In this document: piece after piece, positions 20,653-31,392 of the stretch
Position numbering within the stretch: position 1 is the stretch's first letter
Layout of the letters: each line of letters begins with the position of its first letter
Source of the DNA: Alphaproteobacteria bacterium
Lineage (GTDB): Bacteria; Pseudomonadota; Alphaproteobacteria; SP197
Direction of reading: 5' to 3'
DNA length: 64,000 bases
Assembly (NCBI GenBank): GCA_964291265.2
Contig: OZ219747.1
Location: 1,120,001-1,184,000, forward strand
Program-made: the position numbers and the translations under genes
Notes under the pieces: generated by a model
What the model was told of the DNA's origin: nothing
The model's database searches: none
What the model saw: the letters and a program-made list of their open reading frames with translations, nothing else

Positions 20653-21882
20653 ATGAGCAAGGTGCCGGAGCGCCCTCGCGTCCTGATCTACAGTCATGAC
20701 AGTTTCGGACTGGGGCATCTGCGCCGATGCCGGGCCATTGCCCATGCCATGGTGGGGGCCGTCGACAACCTGACCGTCCTCATTCTCTCGGGCCTTCCCA
20801 TCATCGGCAGCTTCGATTTTCGTGCCCGGGTGGATTTCGTGCGTGTTCCCGGTGTCATCAAGCTGCGCAACGGGGAGTACTCGCCGCTCAATCCGATGCT
20901 CGACATCGAACAGACTATGGCGCTGCGCGCTTCCATCATGCGGCACACAGCCGAGATCTTCGATCCCGACATTCTCCTCGTCGACAAGGAGCCCCTCGGA
21001 CTGCGTGGCGAGGTTCGCGATACGATCGACATGCTCAAGGAGCGCGGCACCAGGATCATCCTCGGTCTGCGTGACGTCATGGATGATCCTGAGCTCCTCA
21101 AGCCGGAGTGGGAGCGCAAGAACGCCGTGCCGGCCCTCAGCGATCTCTACGACGAGATCTGGGTTTATGGCCTGCCCCAGATTCACGACCCGCTTGCCGA
21201 GATCGAGGTGCCCGATTCGGTGCGCCGCAAGGTGATCTACACCGGATATCTCAGGCGTACGGTGCCCTTGCTGGGCCCTGAAGCCGAACTCCCGGACGGC
21301 ATTGAGGAGCCCTTTGTTCTCGTCACCACGGGCGGTGGAGGCGATGGAGACCTCCTGGTCGATCGGGTCCTGATGGCCTACGAATGCACCATGGCGCCAG
21401 AACTGCCGGCTCTCGTCGTGTTCGGGCCGTTCATGCAGCCCGAGGTCAAGAGCGACTTCCAGGCCAGGATCGACCGCCTGGACCGGGTATCGGCCATCAC
21501 CTTCGAGACCCATCTCGAATCGCTGATGGCGCGGGCGGCGGGCGTGGTGGCCATGGGGGGTTACAACACGTTCTGCGAGATCCTGTCATTCGACAAGCCG
21601 GCGCTCATCGTTCCAAGGCAGGCGCCGCGCCGCGAGCAGGTCATCCGGGCCAGCCGCGCCCGCGAACTCGGTCTGGTCTCCATGCTGACCGAAGAGGCCT
21701 CTGCGCGGGCCGATGCGATGGCGACGGCCATTCACCAACTCCCGCAGCAGCGCCGTCCAGGCCAGGTTGTGGTTCCGGGACTTCTCGATGGTCTGGAGAA
21801 TGTCAACAGGCTGGTCGGGATGCACCTCGCCGAAAGCCGCACAAGCTCGTCCCGGCGCCACGCCCTGCGCCAGCAGGGTTGA
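20653..21882 (+). CDS. GT-B glycosyltransferase (GT28/MurG-like, YSHDxxGLGH type)
   Basis: IYSHDSFGLGHLRR, GGGGDG, MGGYNTFCEIL, PR..PRREQ. Confidence 0.85.
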   Translation: MSKVPERPRVLIYSHDSFGLGHLRRCRAIAHAMVGAVDNLTVLILSGLPIIGSFDFRARVDFVRVPGVIKLRNGEYSPLNPMLDIEQTMALRASIMRHTAEIFDPDILLVDKEPLGLRGEVRDTIDMLKERGTRIILGLRDVMDDPELLKPEWERKNAVPALSDLYDEIWVYGLPQIHDPLAEIEVPDSVRRKVIYTGYLRRTVPLLGPEAELPDGIEEPFVLVTTGGGGDGDLLVDRVLMAYECTMAPELPALVVFGPFMQPEVKSDFQARIDRLDRVSAITFETHLESLMARAAGVVAMGGYNTFCEILSFDKPALIVPRQAPRREQVIRASRARELGLVSMLTEEASARADAMATAIHQLPQQRRPGQVVVPGLLDGLENVNRLVGMHLAESRTSSSRRHALRQQG

Positions 21883-23029
21883 TCGTCAGGCAACGCGACG
21901 GTGAACGAGCACACTTCGCGCCAGCCACAGCGCCGGCAGGAGGAAGAGCGGTATCGAGGTGAGGATGAATGTCGACCAGCCCAGGGTCACGGTCAAGGCG
22001 CCTGAGCCAAAGGATGCAACGGCAGCCCCGAGTGCGATGAGAGTCTCGTTGAGCCCCTGCACCCGGGACTGATCCTCCGGCCGGACGTGTTCGGCAAGGA
22101 GGCTTGTCGATCCGATGAAACCGAAGTTCCAGCCGACTCCGAGCAGGACAAGGGCCAGATAGAAGTTCTCCAGGGCAACGCCGGACCAGGCGACGAGGGC
22201 CGCCGCCGCCAGCAGCGCAAGACCGATGGCCATGACGCACCGCGATCCCCAGCGCTCGATCAGCGATCCGGTGAAGAAGCTCGGGCCGAACATGGCGACG
22301 ACGTGCCAGCGCACCACATCGGCGGACTGATCGGTCGACAGCCCGCAGTCAGCCATCGCGAGGGCTGTGGGCGTCATCACGAACACCATCATGGCGTGGG
22401 CGGAGGCAGCGCAGATGATGGCGGTCACCACCGGCGGGCTGCCAAGGATCCGACCGAGCGGCTGAGCCGCTGTCCGTGACCGCGGTGGAGGCTTGGCAAG
22501 ATCGAGAAAGAGGACCGGCAGGCATCCGGCAAGGCAGATGAGCACGATGGCCGCATAGGCGCCGGCAAAGGGCACGGGGAAGAAGTAGTCCCGTGTGTGG
22601 ATCAGGATCTCCGGGCCGAGCAGCGCGGCAATCAGGCCCGAGCCGGTGATGATGGCGATCGCCTTGGGTTTCCAGGGCCCGTGGACGGCATCGGCGGCGG
22701 CGAAGCGGAAGTACCACAGGCTGCTCTGCATGGCGCCAAAGCACACGTGGGCGAGGCAGAGGTAGATGAAGTCCCTCTCGAAGAGCGCCACGGCGCCCAG
22801 CCAGCCTCCCACCATGGCGCATCCGGCGCCGCCGAGAAACCCGGCGCGGCGGCCAAATCGTCCCATGAGCAGGGAAACAGGAGTGGCCGTCACCATGGCG
22901 CTCAGCATCTGCAGGGAAATGGTGAAGGTGGCAAGACTCGGCACCGGCGCCGCATAGGCCCCGGCGAGGCCTCCGTAAGCGTTCGGCCACGCGGTGATTG
23001 TTGGTGATATTCACCGGTTGAGGATGCGT

Positions 23030-23318
23030 TTGGGAGGCGCACCACGTGGCGGTTCGCTGTTGGGTCCGAAGACGATGGGTCCGGGTCGGGTTGCTCGTCG
23101 TTGGGGTGGCGGCAGGGTGATGAGGCCGTCGCGGTGCATGGCCAGAAAGGCGACATTCGCCATCATGTTCTTGAGGCCCCGTCGGGCTTGTATCAGCCGG
23201 TCTCGCGGCAGAAGGCGCGGGCGATGGCCGCACGGGTGGGGTGCTGGGTGATCAGGGAGCGCAACAGCGCCATCTCGTGCGCGGTGAAGTCACGGCCGTC
23301 GTAACGGCACTCGATCAC
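23030..23318 (-). pseudogene. Passenger ORF remnant resembling the N-terminal part of DUF4338 (DruA-like) proteins
   Basis: GTG overlaps the tnpC stop; RYDGRDFTAHEMALLRSLI...FCRETG*YKPDG / frameshift / LKNMMANVAFLAMHRDGLITLPPP. Confidence 0.5.
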
Positions 23319-24143
23319 CCCGGTTCCATGAGGTCCCTTCGACGCTCCGGGGGCATCGACCATGGCAGCCACGGGTCGAGGTCATCCGGCGGCTTGCCGC
23401 CGTTCTGCGCGCAGGCCTCAAGCCACTCATGAAGCCAGCGCCGAACATTGATGTTGTTCATGGCAAGGGTGCCGATGACCGAGTACATGATGGCGGTGAA
23501 GGCGGCGCCTTCCTCGCTGTCGGAGCCGAAGCTCAGCTTTCTCGCGGTCACCGCACCCCGGAGGGCTCTCTCGGCAAAGTTGTTGTCCATGGGCACCTGG
23601 GGATGGTCGACAAAGACGCACAGTCCCTCGCGGTGACGGATCAGGGAACGCAAGGGCTTCGCTTCGCGTGCACCCTCGGGCAAGGCGTCGAGTTCCTCCT
23701 GAGCCTGCCTGAACAGCGCCTCGACAGCCGCACGAAGGTCCTTCTGCAGGGCATTGAACCTCGCTGACTGACGCTTGCGTGCGGGATCGTAGTGCTTCAG
23801 CCGTTGCCCATTCAGTGTGTAGATCAGCGCGATCCTGTCGAGCCACTTGTCGCACCACTCTTCCAGCCCCTCCTGGCCTGCCGCAGCCTCGATCACATCG
23901 CGCCTGGAGTGCGCCCAGCAAAGGCAGAGGATCACCTTGCCATCAAGCTCACGCTCCAGTTTCCTGTAGACCACGTAGCGGTCGCAAACAAGGAAGACGA
24001 CACCTTCGGTGGAGGCGAACAGCACCATGGCCACCCGGGCGCTGCGTGACGGGTCGATAAGGAAGAAGACGGAGTCGGCGCTGACCGCGGTCCACAGCCA
24101 GGCCTTCTGCGAGCGCCCCGAGGCCTTGAGGGAGGGGGATGCG

Positions 24144-26062
24144 GTGTGCCAGGCGAACTGGCGGAAGGTAGGGGGGGAAAGTCCCCTGAAACGAAGGAGT
24201 AACCAAACCACGTTTCTCCGCGAGCCGTGCGTCGGTTCCCGCGAGGGGGCAGGCGAAGCGTCGGTAGCGGTACGGATGGGCAGGGCTAATGAGCACCGAA
24301 AAGTCCGTTGTTCGGGGTGCCGAGGCTTTCGCATCGGTCGAAGGCAACATCGCAGGCATCGATTTGGTGAGATGTCGGCGAGCCCCGCGGTGTCGGAGAA
24401 CCCATGCACGTCCGCACGCCTTCTGTTGGGACCCTGGGAGGTCTTCGAACTATCCCGCCTGTCGTGGCGGGACCGTGTAGGGAAAGGAGAAAGCCGAAGC
24501 CTATGAGGAACGGTTTGAAGAAGTCGGATGGGGCCGTAAGACCGGTGAAGGCGGCGAACAAGGGAGCGTCAGCTTCTGCGGAGTCGCTGGAGGAAAGGGC
24601 CTCAACCAAGGGGAATCCGGGACGCCAAAGCACGCACCGAACGCAGTGTCGGGCAAGTGTGCCACAGGCGGCGGACCGGATACGGGAAGCTGCAGAGAGG
24701 AACCCGAAGGAGCGTCTCACTGCACTCTTCCATCACATTACGCCGGACGCGCTCCGGGCGGCCTACTTCGGTTTGAAGAAGGAAGCCTCGGCAGGTGTCG
24801 ACGGCGTGACGTGGGCGGCGTATGGCGAGGGTCTGGACGAGCGCTTGCTTGATCTGCACTCGCGCCTGCATCGTGGGGGAGCGTACCGGGCGCCGCCGGT
24901 TCGGCGGGTTGAGATACCCAAGCCGGACGGCGGGACACGACCGCTCGGGATTGCCGCACTGGAGGACAAGATCGTCCAGAAGGCGGTTGTGGATGTGATC
25001 CTGACACCGATTTATGAGGTGGAGTTCCTTGGCTTCAGCTACGGGTTCCGACCGGGCCGAGGGGCGCATGACGCTCTCGACGCCCTGGCGTTCGGGATCG
25101 AGCGGCGCAAGGTCAACTGGATAGTCGACGCGGACATTCAGGGGTACTTCGACACAATCCCGAGGGATTGGTTGATCAAGTTCCTGGAGCATCGCATTGG
25201 CGACAGGCGGGTGATCCGTCTGATCCGCAAGTGGCTGAACGCTGGCGTCATGACCGACGGATCATGGAGCGACACCGGTGCGGGCACGCCTCAGGGCGCC
25301 ATTGTCAGCCCCTGCCTGGCGAACGTGTTTCTGCACTACGTGCTCGATCTGTGGTTTCACAAGGCATGGCGTCCGAAGGTTCCGAACGGTAAAGCGATCA
25401 TTGTCCGCTACGCGGACGATATTGTGGTCGGGTTCCAGCATAAGCGGGATGCGGAGACATACCTTCGCGACGTTCGGGAGAGGCTGGACCGCTTTGGTCT
25501 CACCCTTCACCCGGACAAGACCCGTCTCGTTGAGTTTGGACGGTTTGCCAAGGCGAACCGGCGATCTCGCGGGGCGGGCAGGCCGGAGACGTTCGACTTC
25601 CTGGGCTTCACGCACTTCTGCACGGAGACCCGGAGAGGACGCTTCAGGCTTGGTCGCAAGCCGGTCGCAAAACGGGTCGCAAGGACCCTGGCGCGCATCG
25701 AGGAGGTGCTTCGCAATCGACGGCATCACGACATATGGGAGGTCGGCATGTGGCTTGGGCGAGTTGTCAATGGCTGGTCCAACTACTTCGCCGTTCCGGG
25801 GTCGACCCGATGGCTGCGCACGTTCCGCCAAAGGCTGCAACGCCTATGGCTGCGAGCGATCCGCCGCCGCTCCCAGCGCCACTGCTTTGACTGGAAGCGA
25901 TTGGAGCGCATGACCGAGCTTCTTTGGCCGCGCGTCTCCATCCGCCACCCATGGCCGGACCAGCGGTTTACCGTCAAGCACCCGAGGTAGGAGCCGGATG
26001 GATTAACGTCCATGTCCGGATCTGTGCGGGGGGTGCGCAGCAATGCGCATCCCTACCGCGAC
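24144..26062 (+). mobile_element. Group II intron with RT/maturase ORF
   Basis: 5' GTGTG at 24144; DV GAGCCGGATGGATTAACGTCCATGTCCGGATC and DVI ending CCCTACCGCGAC at 26062; candidate EBS1 CGCATC (24330-24335) complements IBS1 GATGCG (24138-24143). Confidence 0.92.
24503..25990 (+). CDS. ltrA: Group II intron reverse transcriptase/maturase (no endonuclease domain)
   Basis: AGVDG, IPKPDGGTRPLGI, SYGFRPGR, GTPQG, RYADD, FDFLGF, domain X; ends just before DV. Confidence 0.95.
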   Translation: MRNGLKKSDGAVRPVKAANKGASASAESLEERASTKGNPGRQSTHRTQCRASVPQAADRIREAAERNPKERLTALFHHITPDALRAAYFGLKKEASAGVDGVTWAAYGEGLDERLLDLHSRLHRGGAYRAPPVRRVEIPKPDGGTRPLGIAALEDKIVQKAVVDVILTPIYEVEFLGFSYGFRPGRGAHDALDALAFGIERRKVNWIVDADIQGYFDTIPRDWLIKFLEHRIGDRRVIRLIRKWLNAGVMTDGSWSDTGAGTPQGAIVSPCLANVFLHYVLDLWFHKAWRPKVPNGKAIIVRYADDIVVGFQHKRDAETYLRDVRERLDRFGLTLHPDKTRLVEFGRFAKANRRSRGAGRPETFDFLGFTHFCTETRRGRFRLGRKPVAKRVARTLARIEEVLRNRRHHDIWEVGMWLGRVVNGWSNYFAVPGSTRWLRTFRQRLQRLWLRAIRRRSQRHCFDWKRLERMTELLWPRVSIRHPWPDQRFTVKHPR

Positions 26063-27342
26063 CCAGCTGGTCTCGTCGCCGTGGCGCACCGTCAGCCGGT
26101 TCTGATGATCGAGGATGGCCTGAGCGAGAGGCGCGAACATCGGCGTCATCTTCTTCATGCCGCCAGCGATCGTTCCCGGCGCCATCGGCAGTCCCTGGTC
26201 TTCCAGCCATCGCGAGACCCGGCGCAGGGGACGCAAGCAGGCGAAGCGCTCATAGAGCACGCATTCCCAGACACTGATGCCGAAGGGGGTATTCGCAAGC
26301 AAGCGCAAAGGTGGCGGCGCGATGATCTCCGCAGGCGCCGACGAACACTGACAACCACGGCGCCAACGCCCACGTTCAATCCGCCGGATATGAGCCTTGA
26401 CATGGACCTCCATGATCGAGGTCTCGTGGCTGCCGTTGGCCACATAGGGCTCGCCGCAACACGGGCACGTGCGCTGCGATGCCGGTGGATCATGGCGTTC
26501 GTGCTTCTCCTTGAGCTTCGGACGCGGAGTGCGCCCGTGGCCGCTCTTGCCGGGTTGCTGACCCCGCTTGTTCCCTGTGCCTTCCTTCTTCTTCCGCTTC
26601 TCGCTCTTCGACCCGAAGCGCGCCGTCGCGTGCTTGGCACGCGTCCCGCGGAGATTCCTCAGCTCGCTCGCCTGTTCAGCGTTCTTGAGCTTCAGAGCGT
26701 CCCTTTCCTGCTCCAGCGCCTCCGCTCGGGCCTGTCCACGCTTCACCTCCCGGCGAGCCTCCTTGAGCTGATCACGAGTGCGGTCGAGATGAAACTTGAA
26801 TGTGCCCGCACGGGCACGGGCAGAATTCTTCGCACGGCGCAGGTCACGCATACGCGCTTCCGCCGCATCCGCACGAACCCGCTCCGCCTCATAGAGCGCA
26901 CGCCAGTCAGGCGCCTCGCATGACAAGGCCACTGACGCCCGACATAGGCCGTCACCACCTCCCGTCAGCTGCTGTGTCGCTCCGCGCGTCTCGGCAAAAG
27001 TCTTCATGGCCTCGACCATAATCGAGACCAAACGAGTTTACCAGCTCTTTCTCAGACGATAGTCAGCAAGACCCAAACCAACCAAAATCAGCCATCACCG
27101 AACGGCCGAACGCTTACAGGCCTCCCATGATGATGAGCATGGGCATCTGGGCGCCAAGCAAGGCGTTGCCCGCGAACAGCGCCACGAGATTGCGTATGAT
27201 GGTGCGCCGTCCGGGGGCGTTCCCGGGTGACGAAGGGGAATCTCTGTTCATGACGGAACTGTCCAGATATCCGGTGTCCGGGACAGACTATCTCGCCGTC
27301 GCCGCGCCCGATACCGGCGCTCCGGCCCGGTGCTGCTGACGC

Positions 27343-28581
27343 GTGCCCGGTCACGTCGCCTTCGTGTTGAAGGGCTGGCCCCGCCTCTCCGAGACCTTCA
27401 TCGCTCAGGAGATCCTGGCCCTGGAGCAGCGCGGGCTCAAGATCCGCATCGTCTCCCTGCGCCGTCCGACGACGGGGGACCGCCATGCGATCCACGATGC
27501 CGTGCGGGCGCCGGTCACCTGGCTTCCGGAGTACCTTCGCGAGGAGCCCGGGCGAACCTGGCGGGCCTGGCGGAGAGCCCGGAAACTGCCCGGCTACGCC
27601 TCGGCGAGGTGGCACTGGCTTGCCGATCTCCGGCGGGACCCGACCCGCAACCGGGTGCGGCGCTTCGGTCAGGCCTGTGTGGTCGCCACGGAGGTCGTGC
27701 CTGTCGTGGACCATCTTCATGCCCATTTTCTCCACACTCCGGCATCCGTCACCCGCTACGCGGCCATGATGACCGGGCTCGCCTGGTCTGCGTCGGCCCA
27801 CGCGAAGGACATCTACACCACACCTCGCCGCGATCTCGCGGACAAGATCTCCGACTGCCGCTGGCTTGTGACCTGTACGGCAACGAACCGTGACTGGCTC
27901 GAGTCGCTGGTTCCGGGGCGACGTGTCTCGCTCGCCTATCATGGGATCGATCAGACGCGGTGGCCGTCACCGGATCGCCTCCCGTCGCACCGTGACGGCA
28001 GAAACCCGGATGATCCCGTGCGCCTTGTCACGGTGGGACGGGCCGTCGAGAAGAAGGGCCATGCCACGCTCCTTGCCGCACTGGCCCTGCTGCCTGACGA
28101 TCTCCACTGGCACCTCACCCATGCCGGTGAAGGACCGCTGCTCCCGTCCCTCGTCGAAACGGCCGCCCGGTCAGGTCTGGACAGGCGAGTCACATGGCTT
28201 GGCGCCAGGCGCCAGGACGAGATCCTGGACGTTCTCCAGGACAGCGATCTTTTTGTCCTGGTGCCTGTCATCGCCCGTGACGGGGATCGTGACGGACTTC
28301 CCAACGTCCTCCTTGAAGCGCAGAGTCAGGCCCTGGCTGTGGTCACAACGGACGTCTCGGCGGTCGGTGAACTGGTGAGCGACGGTGTCAACGGCTGCCT
28401 GGTTCCCCCGGGCGATGCTTCGGCACTGGCCTCAAGGCTGTGCCATCTTGTCCGCAATCCGCAACTGCGCGATCGCATGGGACGCGCCGGGGAGAGTCGC
28501 GTGAGAACGGATTTTTCCATGGACCGTGGCATTGACAGGCTTGTCGATCTCTTCGCGTCGAGCGGGGTCGCATGCGAGTAG
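27343..28581 (+). CDS. GT4 glycosyltransferase
   Basis: KGWPRLSETFIAQE, HAHFLHTP, AHAKDIY, GRAVEKKG, DRDGLPNVLLEA. Confidence 0.9.
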   Translation: MPGHVAFVLKGWPRLSETFIAQEILALEQRGLKIRIVSLRRPTTGDRHAIHDAVRAPVTWLPEYLREEPGRTWRAWRRARKLPGYASARWHWLADLRRDPTRNRVRRFGQACVVATEVVPVVDHLHAHFLHTPASVTRYAAMMTGLAWSASAHAKDIYTTPRRDLADKISDCRWLVTCTATNRDWLESLVPGRRVSLAYHGIDQTRWPSPDRLPSHRDGRNPDDPVRLVTVGRAVEKKGHATLLAALALLPDDLHWHLTHAGEGPLLPSLVETAARSGLDRRVTWLGARRQDEILDVLQDSDLFVLVPVIARDGDRDGLPNVLLEAQSQALAVVTTDVSAVGELVSDGVNGCLVPPGDASALASRLCHLVRNPQLRDRMGRAGESRVRTDFSMDRGIDRLVDLFASSGVACE

Positions 28582-29675
28582 CCTTCTACGCGCCCATGAA
28601 GGCGCCGGACCACGTGCGGCCCTCAGGCGATCGAACGATGGCGCGCCAGTTCCTGCGCCTTCTCGATGAACTTGGACACGACGTGGAGATCGCCTCGGCG
28701 CTGCGCACGTGGGAGGCCGGCGACGAGGAACGCCAGGCGGCGATCCTGGAGGCATCGATCCGGGAAAGGGAGTGCCTTCTCATCCGCTGGCAGGAGCATC
28801 CGCCTCAGGCCTGGTTTACCTATCATCTCTACCACAAGGCGCCTGATCATCTCGGACCGGCCATCGCCGATGTCCTCGACATTCCCTATGTCGTAGCCGA
28901 ACCGTCGATATCCCCTGCCCAGGCCAACGGCCGCTGGCGGCGCCCCTGGGCTCATGCCCGGGCGGCCATCGAGCGCGCCGATGCCCTGCTCGCCATGACG
29001 CTCAAGGACGAAAGGGGCCTCCTTGCCGCCGGTCTGCCGCGCCGGAAGATCGTGCGTCTGCCCCCCTTCATCGACGCCACGTTGGTGTCCACCGGGAGGG
29101 AGGAAGCACGCCTCGCCCTTGTCCGGGACCTCGGTCTCGACGGGGACCGCGTCATCGCCGTCACCGTGGCCATGATGCGCCCCGGCGACAAGCTCGAATC
29201 CTACCGGATGCTGGCCCGGACCCTCTCCAAGCTGGATCGCGAGGACATGCAGCTGCTCGTCATCGGCGACGGCCCGTCCCGGAGCGAGGTCGAACACCTC
29301 CTGGCCGGACGCGCCGTCCTCGCCGGGGTCCTCGACGAGAAGTCGATCCGCGGGATCATGGCCGGATGCGACCTCTTCGTGTGGCCCGCCATCAACGAGG
29401 CCTACGGCATGGCGATCCTGCTGGCCCAGGCCTGCGGATGCCCGGTGGCTGCCGGTGACGCGCCGGGGGTGGGCGAGATCGTCGACCATGGCTGCACCGG
29501 TCTCCTGGCGCCGTCAGGTGATGCGGCATTGCTGGCGCTTGCTGTTTCCCGCCTGCTCGACGATCCCGTTCTGCGCCGCTCCATGGGTGATGCCGGGCGC
29601 CGCCATGTCTTTCGGCACCATTCCTGCGATGCCGCCCGGCGGGTTCTCGCCGGGGCGCTGGAGATGCTGTGGTGA
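28572..29675 (+). CDS. GT4 glycosyltransferase
   Basis: FYAPMK, PSGDR, TYHLYHKAPD, MMRPGDK, EAYGMAILLAQACG. Confidence 0.88.
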   Translation: MRVAFYAPMKAPDHVRPSGDRTMARQFLRLLDELGHDVEIASALRTWEAGDEERQAAILEASIRERECLLIRWQEHPPQAWFTYHLYHKAPDHLGPAIADVLDIPYVVAEPSISPAQANGRWRRPWAHARAAIERADALLAMTLKDERGLLAAGLPRRKIVRLPPFIDATLVSTGREEARLALVRDLGLDGDRVIAVTVAMMRPGDKLESYRMLARTLSKLDREDMQLLVIGDGPSRSEVEHLLAGRAVLAGVLDEKSIRGIMAGCDLFVWPAINEAYGMAILLAQACGCPVAAGDAPGVGEIVDHGCTGLLAPSGDAALLALAVSRLLDDPVLRRSMGDAGRRHVFRHHSCDAARRVLAGALEMLW

Positions 29676-30262
29676 GGCTCGCTCTCCTGAGACACGCGCC
29701 GACAGCGTGGAACGAGGCGGGCCGGATCCAGGGGTTGAGCGACATTCACCTCTCGAGGACCGGCAGGGCCGCGGCCAGAGCCTGGCGCCTGCCGGACCGT
29801 CTCTATGGCTGGCGGCGGCTTTCGAGTCCCATGCCGAGAGCGCTGGAAACCGCCGCGCTGGCGGGTTTTCGAGACCCGGACATCGACCCGCGACTGCGCG
29901 AAATGGACTGGGGGAACTGGGAAGGCGAGACACTCGACAGTCTGCGCCATGCCGATCCATCGGCCATGGCCACAAACGAGGCAGCGGGTCTCGACTTCCG
30001 TCCGCCTGGCGGCGAAAGCCCTCGGGAGGTCCGCGACCGACTCCTCGACCTTGTCCGGGATCTGGCGGCTGATGGCCGCAACACCGTCGCCGTGACGCAC
30101 CGTGGTGTCATGCGCGCTGCTCTCTCGGCGGCCACGAGCTGGGACTTCTCCGGCGCGCCGCCCGTCAGGATGCCGCGCTATGGACTGCTGATGCTCATCG
30201 TGGACGTTCATGCGGCGCTGTCTCTCGCCGATCCTCCTGTCATCGCGACAGGAGGCGCATGA
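29669..30262 (+). CDS. Histidine phosphatase (phosphoglycerate mutase family)
   Basis: LLRHAPTAWN, SSPMPRA, EMDWGNWEG, GGES, VTHRGV. Confidence 0.9.
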   Translation: MVRLALLRHAPTAWNEAGRIQGLSDIHLSRTGRAAARAWRLPDRLYGWRRLSSPMPRALETAALAGFRDPDIDPRLREMDWGNWEGETLDSLRHADPSAMATNEAAGLDFRPPGGESPREVRDRLLDLVRDLAADGRNTVAVTHRGVMRAALSAATSWDFSGAPPVRMPRYGLLMLIVDVHAALSLADPPVIATGGA

Positions 30263-31392
30263 TGAAGGGGCCGGTGCTCTTCTGGGTTCAGCATCTTCTT
30301 GGAAGCGGTCATCTCAAGCGTGTGGCGCGCATCGCGTCGGTCCTGGCCGAGAGCGGAACGGTCTCGGTGATCGCGTCGGGAGGCATGCCTGTGGCGGCTC
30401 TCGATACAGGAAGGGCCTGTCTTGTCCAGTTGCCTGCGATCCGTGCAGGTGATGAGGGGTTCTCGACGCTGGTTGACGGCGCCGGGCGGCGGGTGGATGC
30501 GGCCTGTCTCGATGAGCGCCGCCGCTGTCTCGAAGACCTGGCCCGCCGTCTGGAAGCGCGTCTTGTCGTGACCGAGACCTGGCCGTTTGGCCGTCGCGCG
30601 TTCACACGGGAAGTGCTGGCCCTCATTGATGCCGCCCGTCGGGTTCGCCCCGACACGGTGGTGGTGAGTTCGGTGCGGGACATTCTTCAGCGCCCGTCAA
30701 GTCCCGATCGCCACGACACCATGCGTGACCTGGCGCTGCGGCACTGCCATCACGTGATGGTTCACGGAGTCGAGAGCTTCGTGCCGTTCGGGGAGACATT
30801 CCTCCGCGCCGGTGCGCTGAGCCACCGGCTTGTCTACACGGGATACGTTGCCGACGTGCCGCCGATCGTCAACGAACGCGGTCCCGGTGAGGGGGAAATC
30901 GTGGTGTCTGCCGGCGGCGGGGCGGTCGGAAGAAAGCTCTTCGATGCAGCCATGGCGGCGCCACCCCATTCGAGGCGGGCGTGCGGGAAACGATGGCGTC
31001 TGCTCGTCGGCGACAGCGGCGTTGCTCCATGCGAGCGCCATGACATGGTCACCGAAGCCAACCGTCCCGACTTTCCCGAACTTCTCCGCCGCTGTGCCGT
31101 TTCGGTGTCGCAGGGTGGCTACAACACGGTGGCGGAACTCCTTGGCGCCCGCGCCCGGGCCGTCGTGGCGCCATGGGCCGGAGCCGGTGAAACCGAACAG
31201 CGGGATCGCGCGAAGCACCTGCAGCGCCGCCGTCTGGCCGTGGTTCTCGATGTCGCGGGGCTCACACCCCAAGGCATTGCCAGGGCCGTCGATGAGGCCT
31301 TCGACCTCCCGCCCGGCGACATCGACGACATCAGCCTCGACGGCGCTTGCGAGAGTGCCAGGCTCATCGACGAGTGGCTGCGTCATGGCTGA
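30259..31392 (+). CDS. GT-B glycosyltransferase (GT28-like)
   Basis: VQHLLGSGHLKR, ETWPFGRR, SAGGGAVG, SQGGYNT, ETEQ. Confidence 0.85.
   Translation: MMKGPVLFWVQHLLGSGHLKRVARIASVLAESGTVSVIASGGMPVAALDTGRACLVQLPAIRAGDEGFSTLVDGAGRRVDAACLDERRRCLEDLARRLEARLVVTETWPFGRRAFTREVLALIDAARRVRPDTVVVSSVRDILQRPSSPDRHDTMRDLALRHCHHVMVHGVESFVPFGETFLRAGALSHRLVYTGYVADVPPIVNERGPGEGEIVVSAGGGAVGRKLFDAAMAAPPHSRRACGKRWRLLVGDSGVAPCERHDMVTEANRPDFPELLRRCAVSVSQGGYNTVAELLGARARAVVAPWAGAGETEQRDRAKHLQRRRLAVVLDVAGLTPQGIARAVDEAFDLPPGDIDDISLDGACESARLIDEWLRHG

Larger units (their letters stand above)
23315..27019 (-). pseudogene. tnpC: IS66 transposase TnpC, split by a group II intron
   Basis: 5' part 27019-26063 (coiled coil, FGSKSEK, GQQPGKSGHGR, CPCCG, HGDETSW); 3' part 24143-23315 (AWLW, CDRY, CWAHSRR, MDNNFAERALR, RKLSFGS). 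Confidence 0.9.
22975..27117 (-). mobile_element. IS66-family element (single-transposase ISBst12 type)
   Basis: Terminal IRs GTAAGCGTTCGGCC-nnn-CGGTGAT at 22975 and (reverse) 27117; 8-bp TSD AGGCCTCC at 22967-22974 and 27118-27125; no tnpA/tnpB seen. Confidence 0.95.
21886..27251 (-). pseudogene. MFS transporter interrupted after codon ~44 by IS66
   Basis: 5' part 27251-27118 (MNRDS...AQMPMLIIMGGL) joins in frame to 22966-21886 (AGAYAAPVPSLAT...RFGRR, RFAAAD, WHVVAMFGPSFFTG) once the IS and one TSD copy are removed. Confidence 0.9.
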
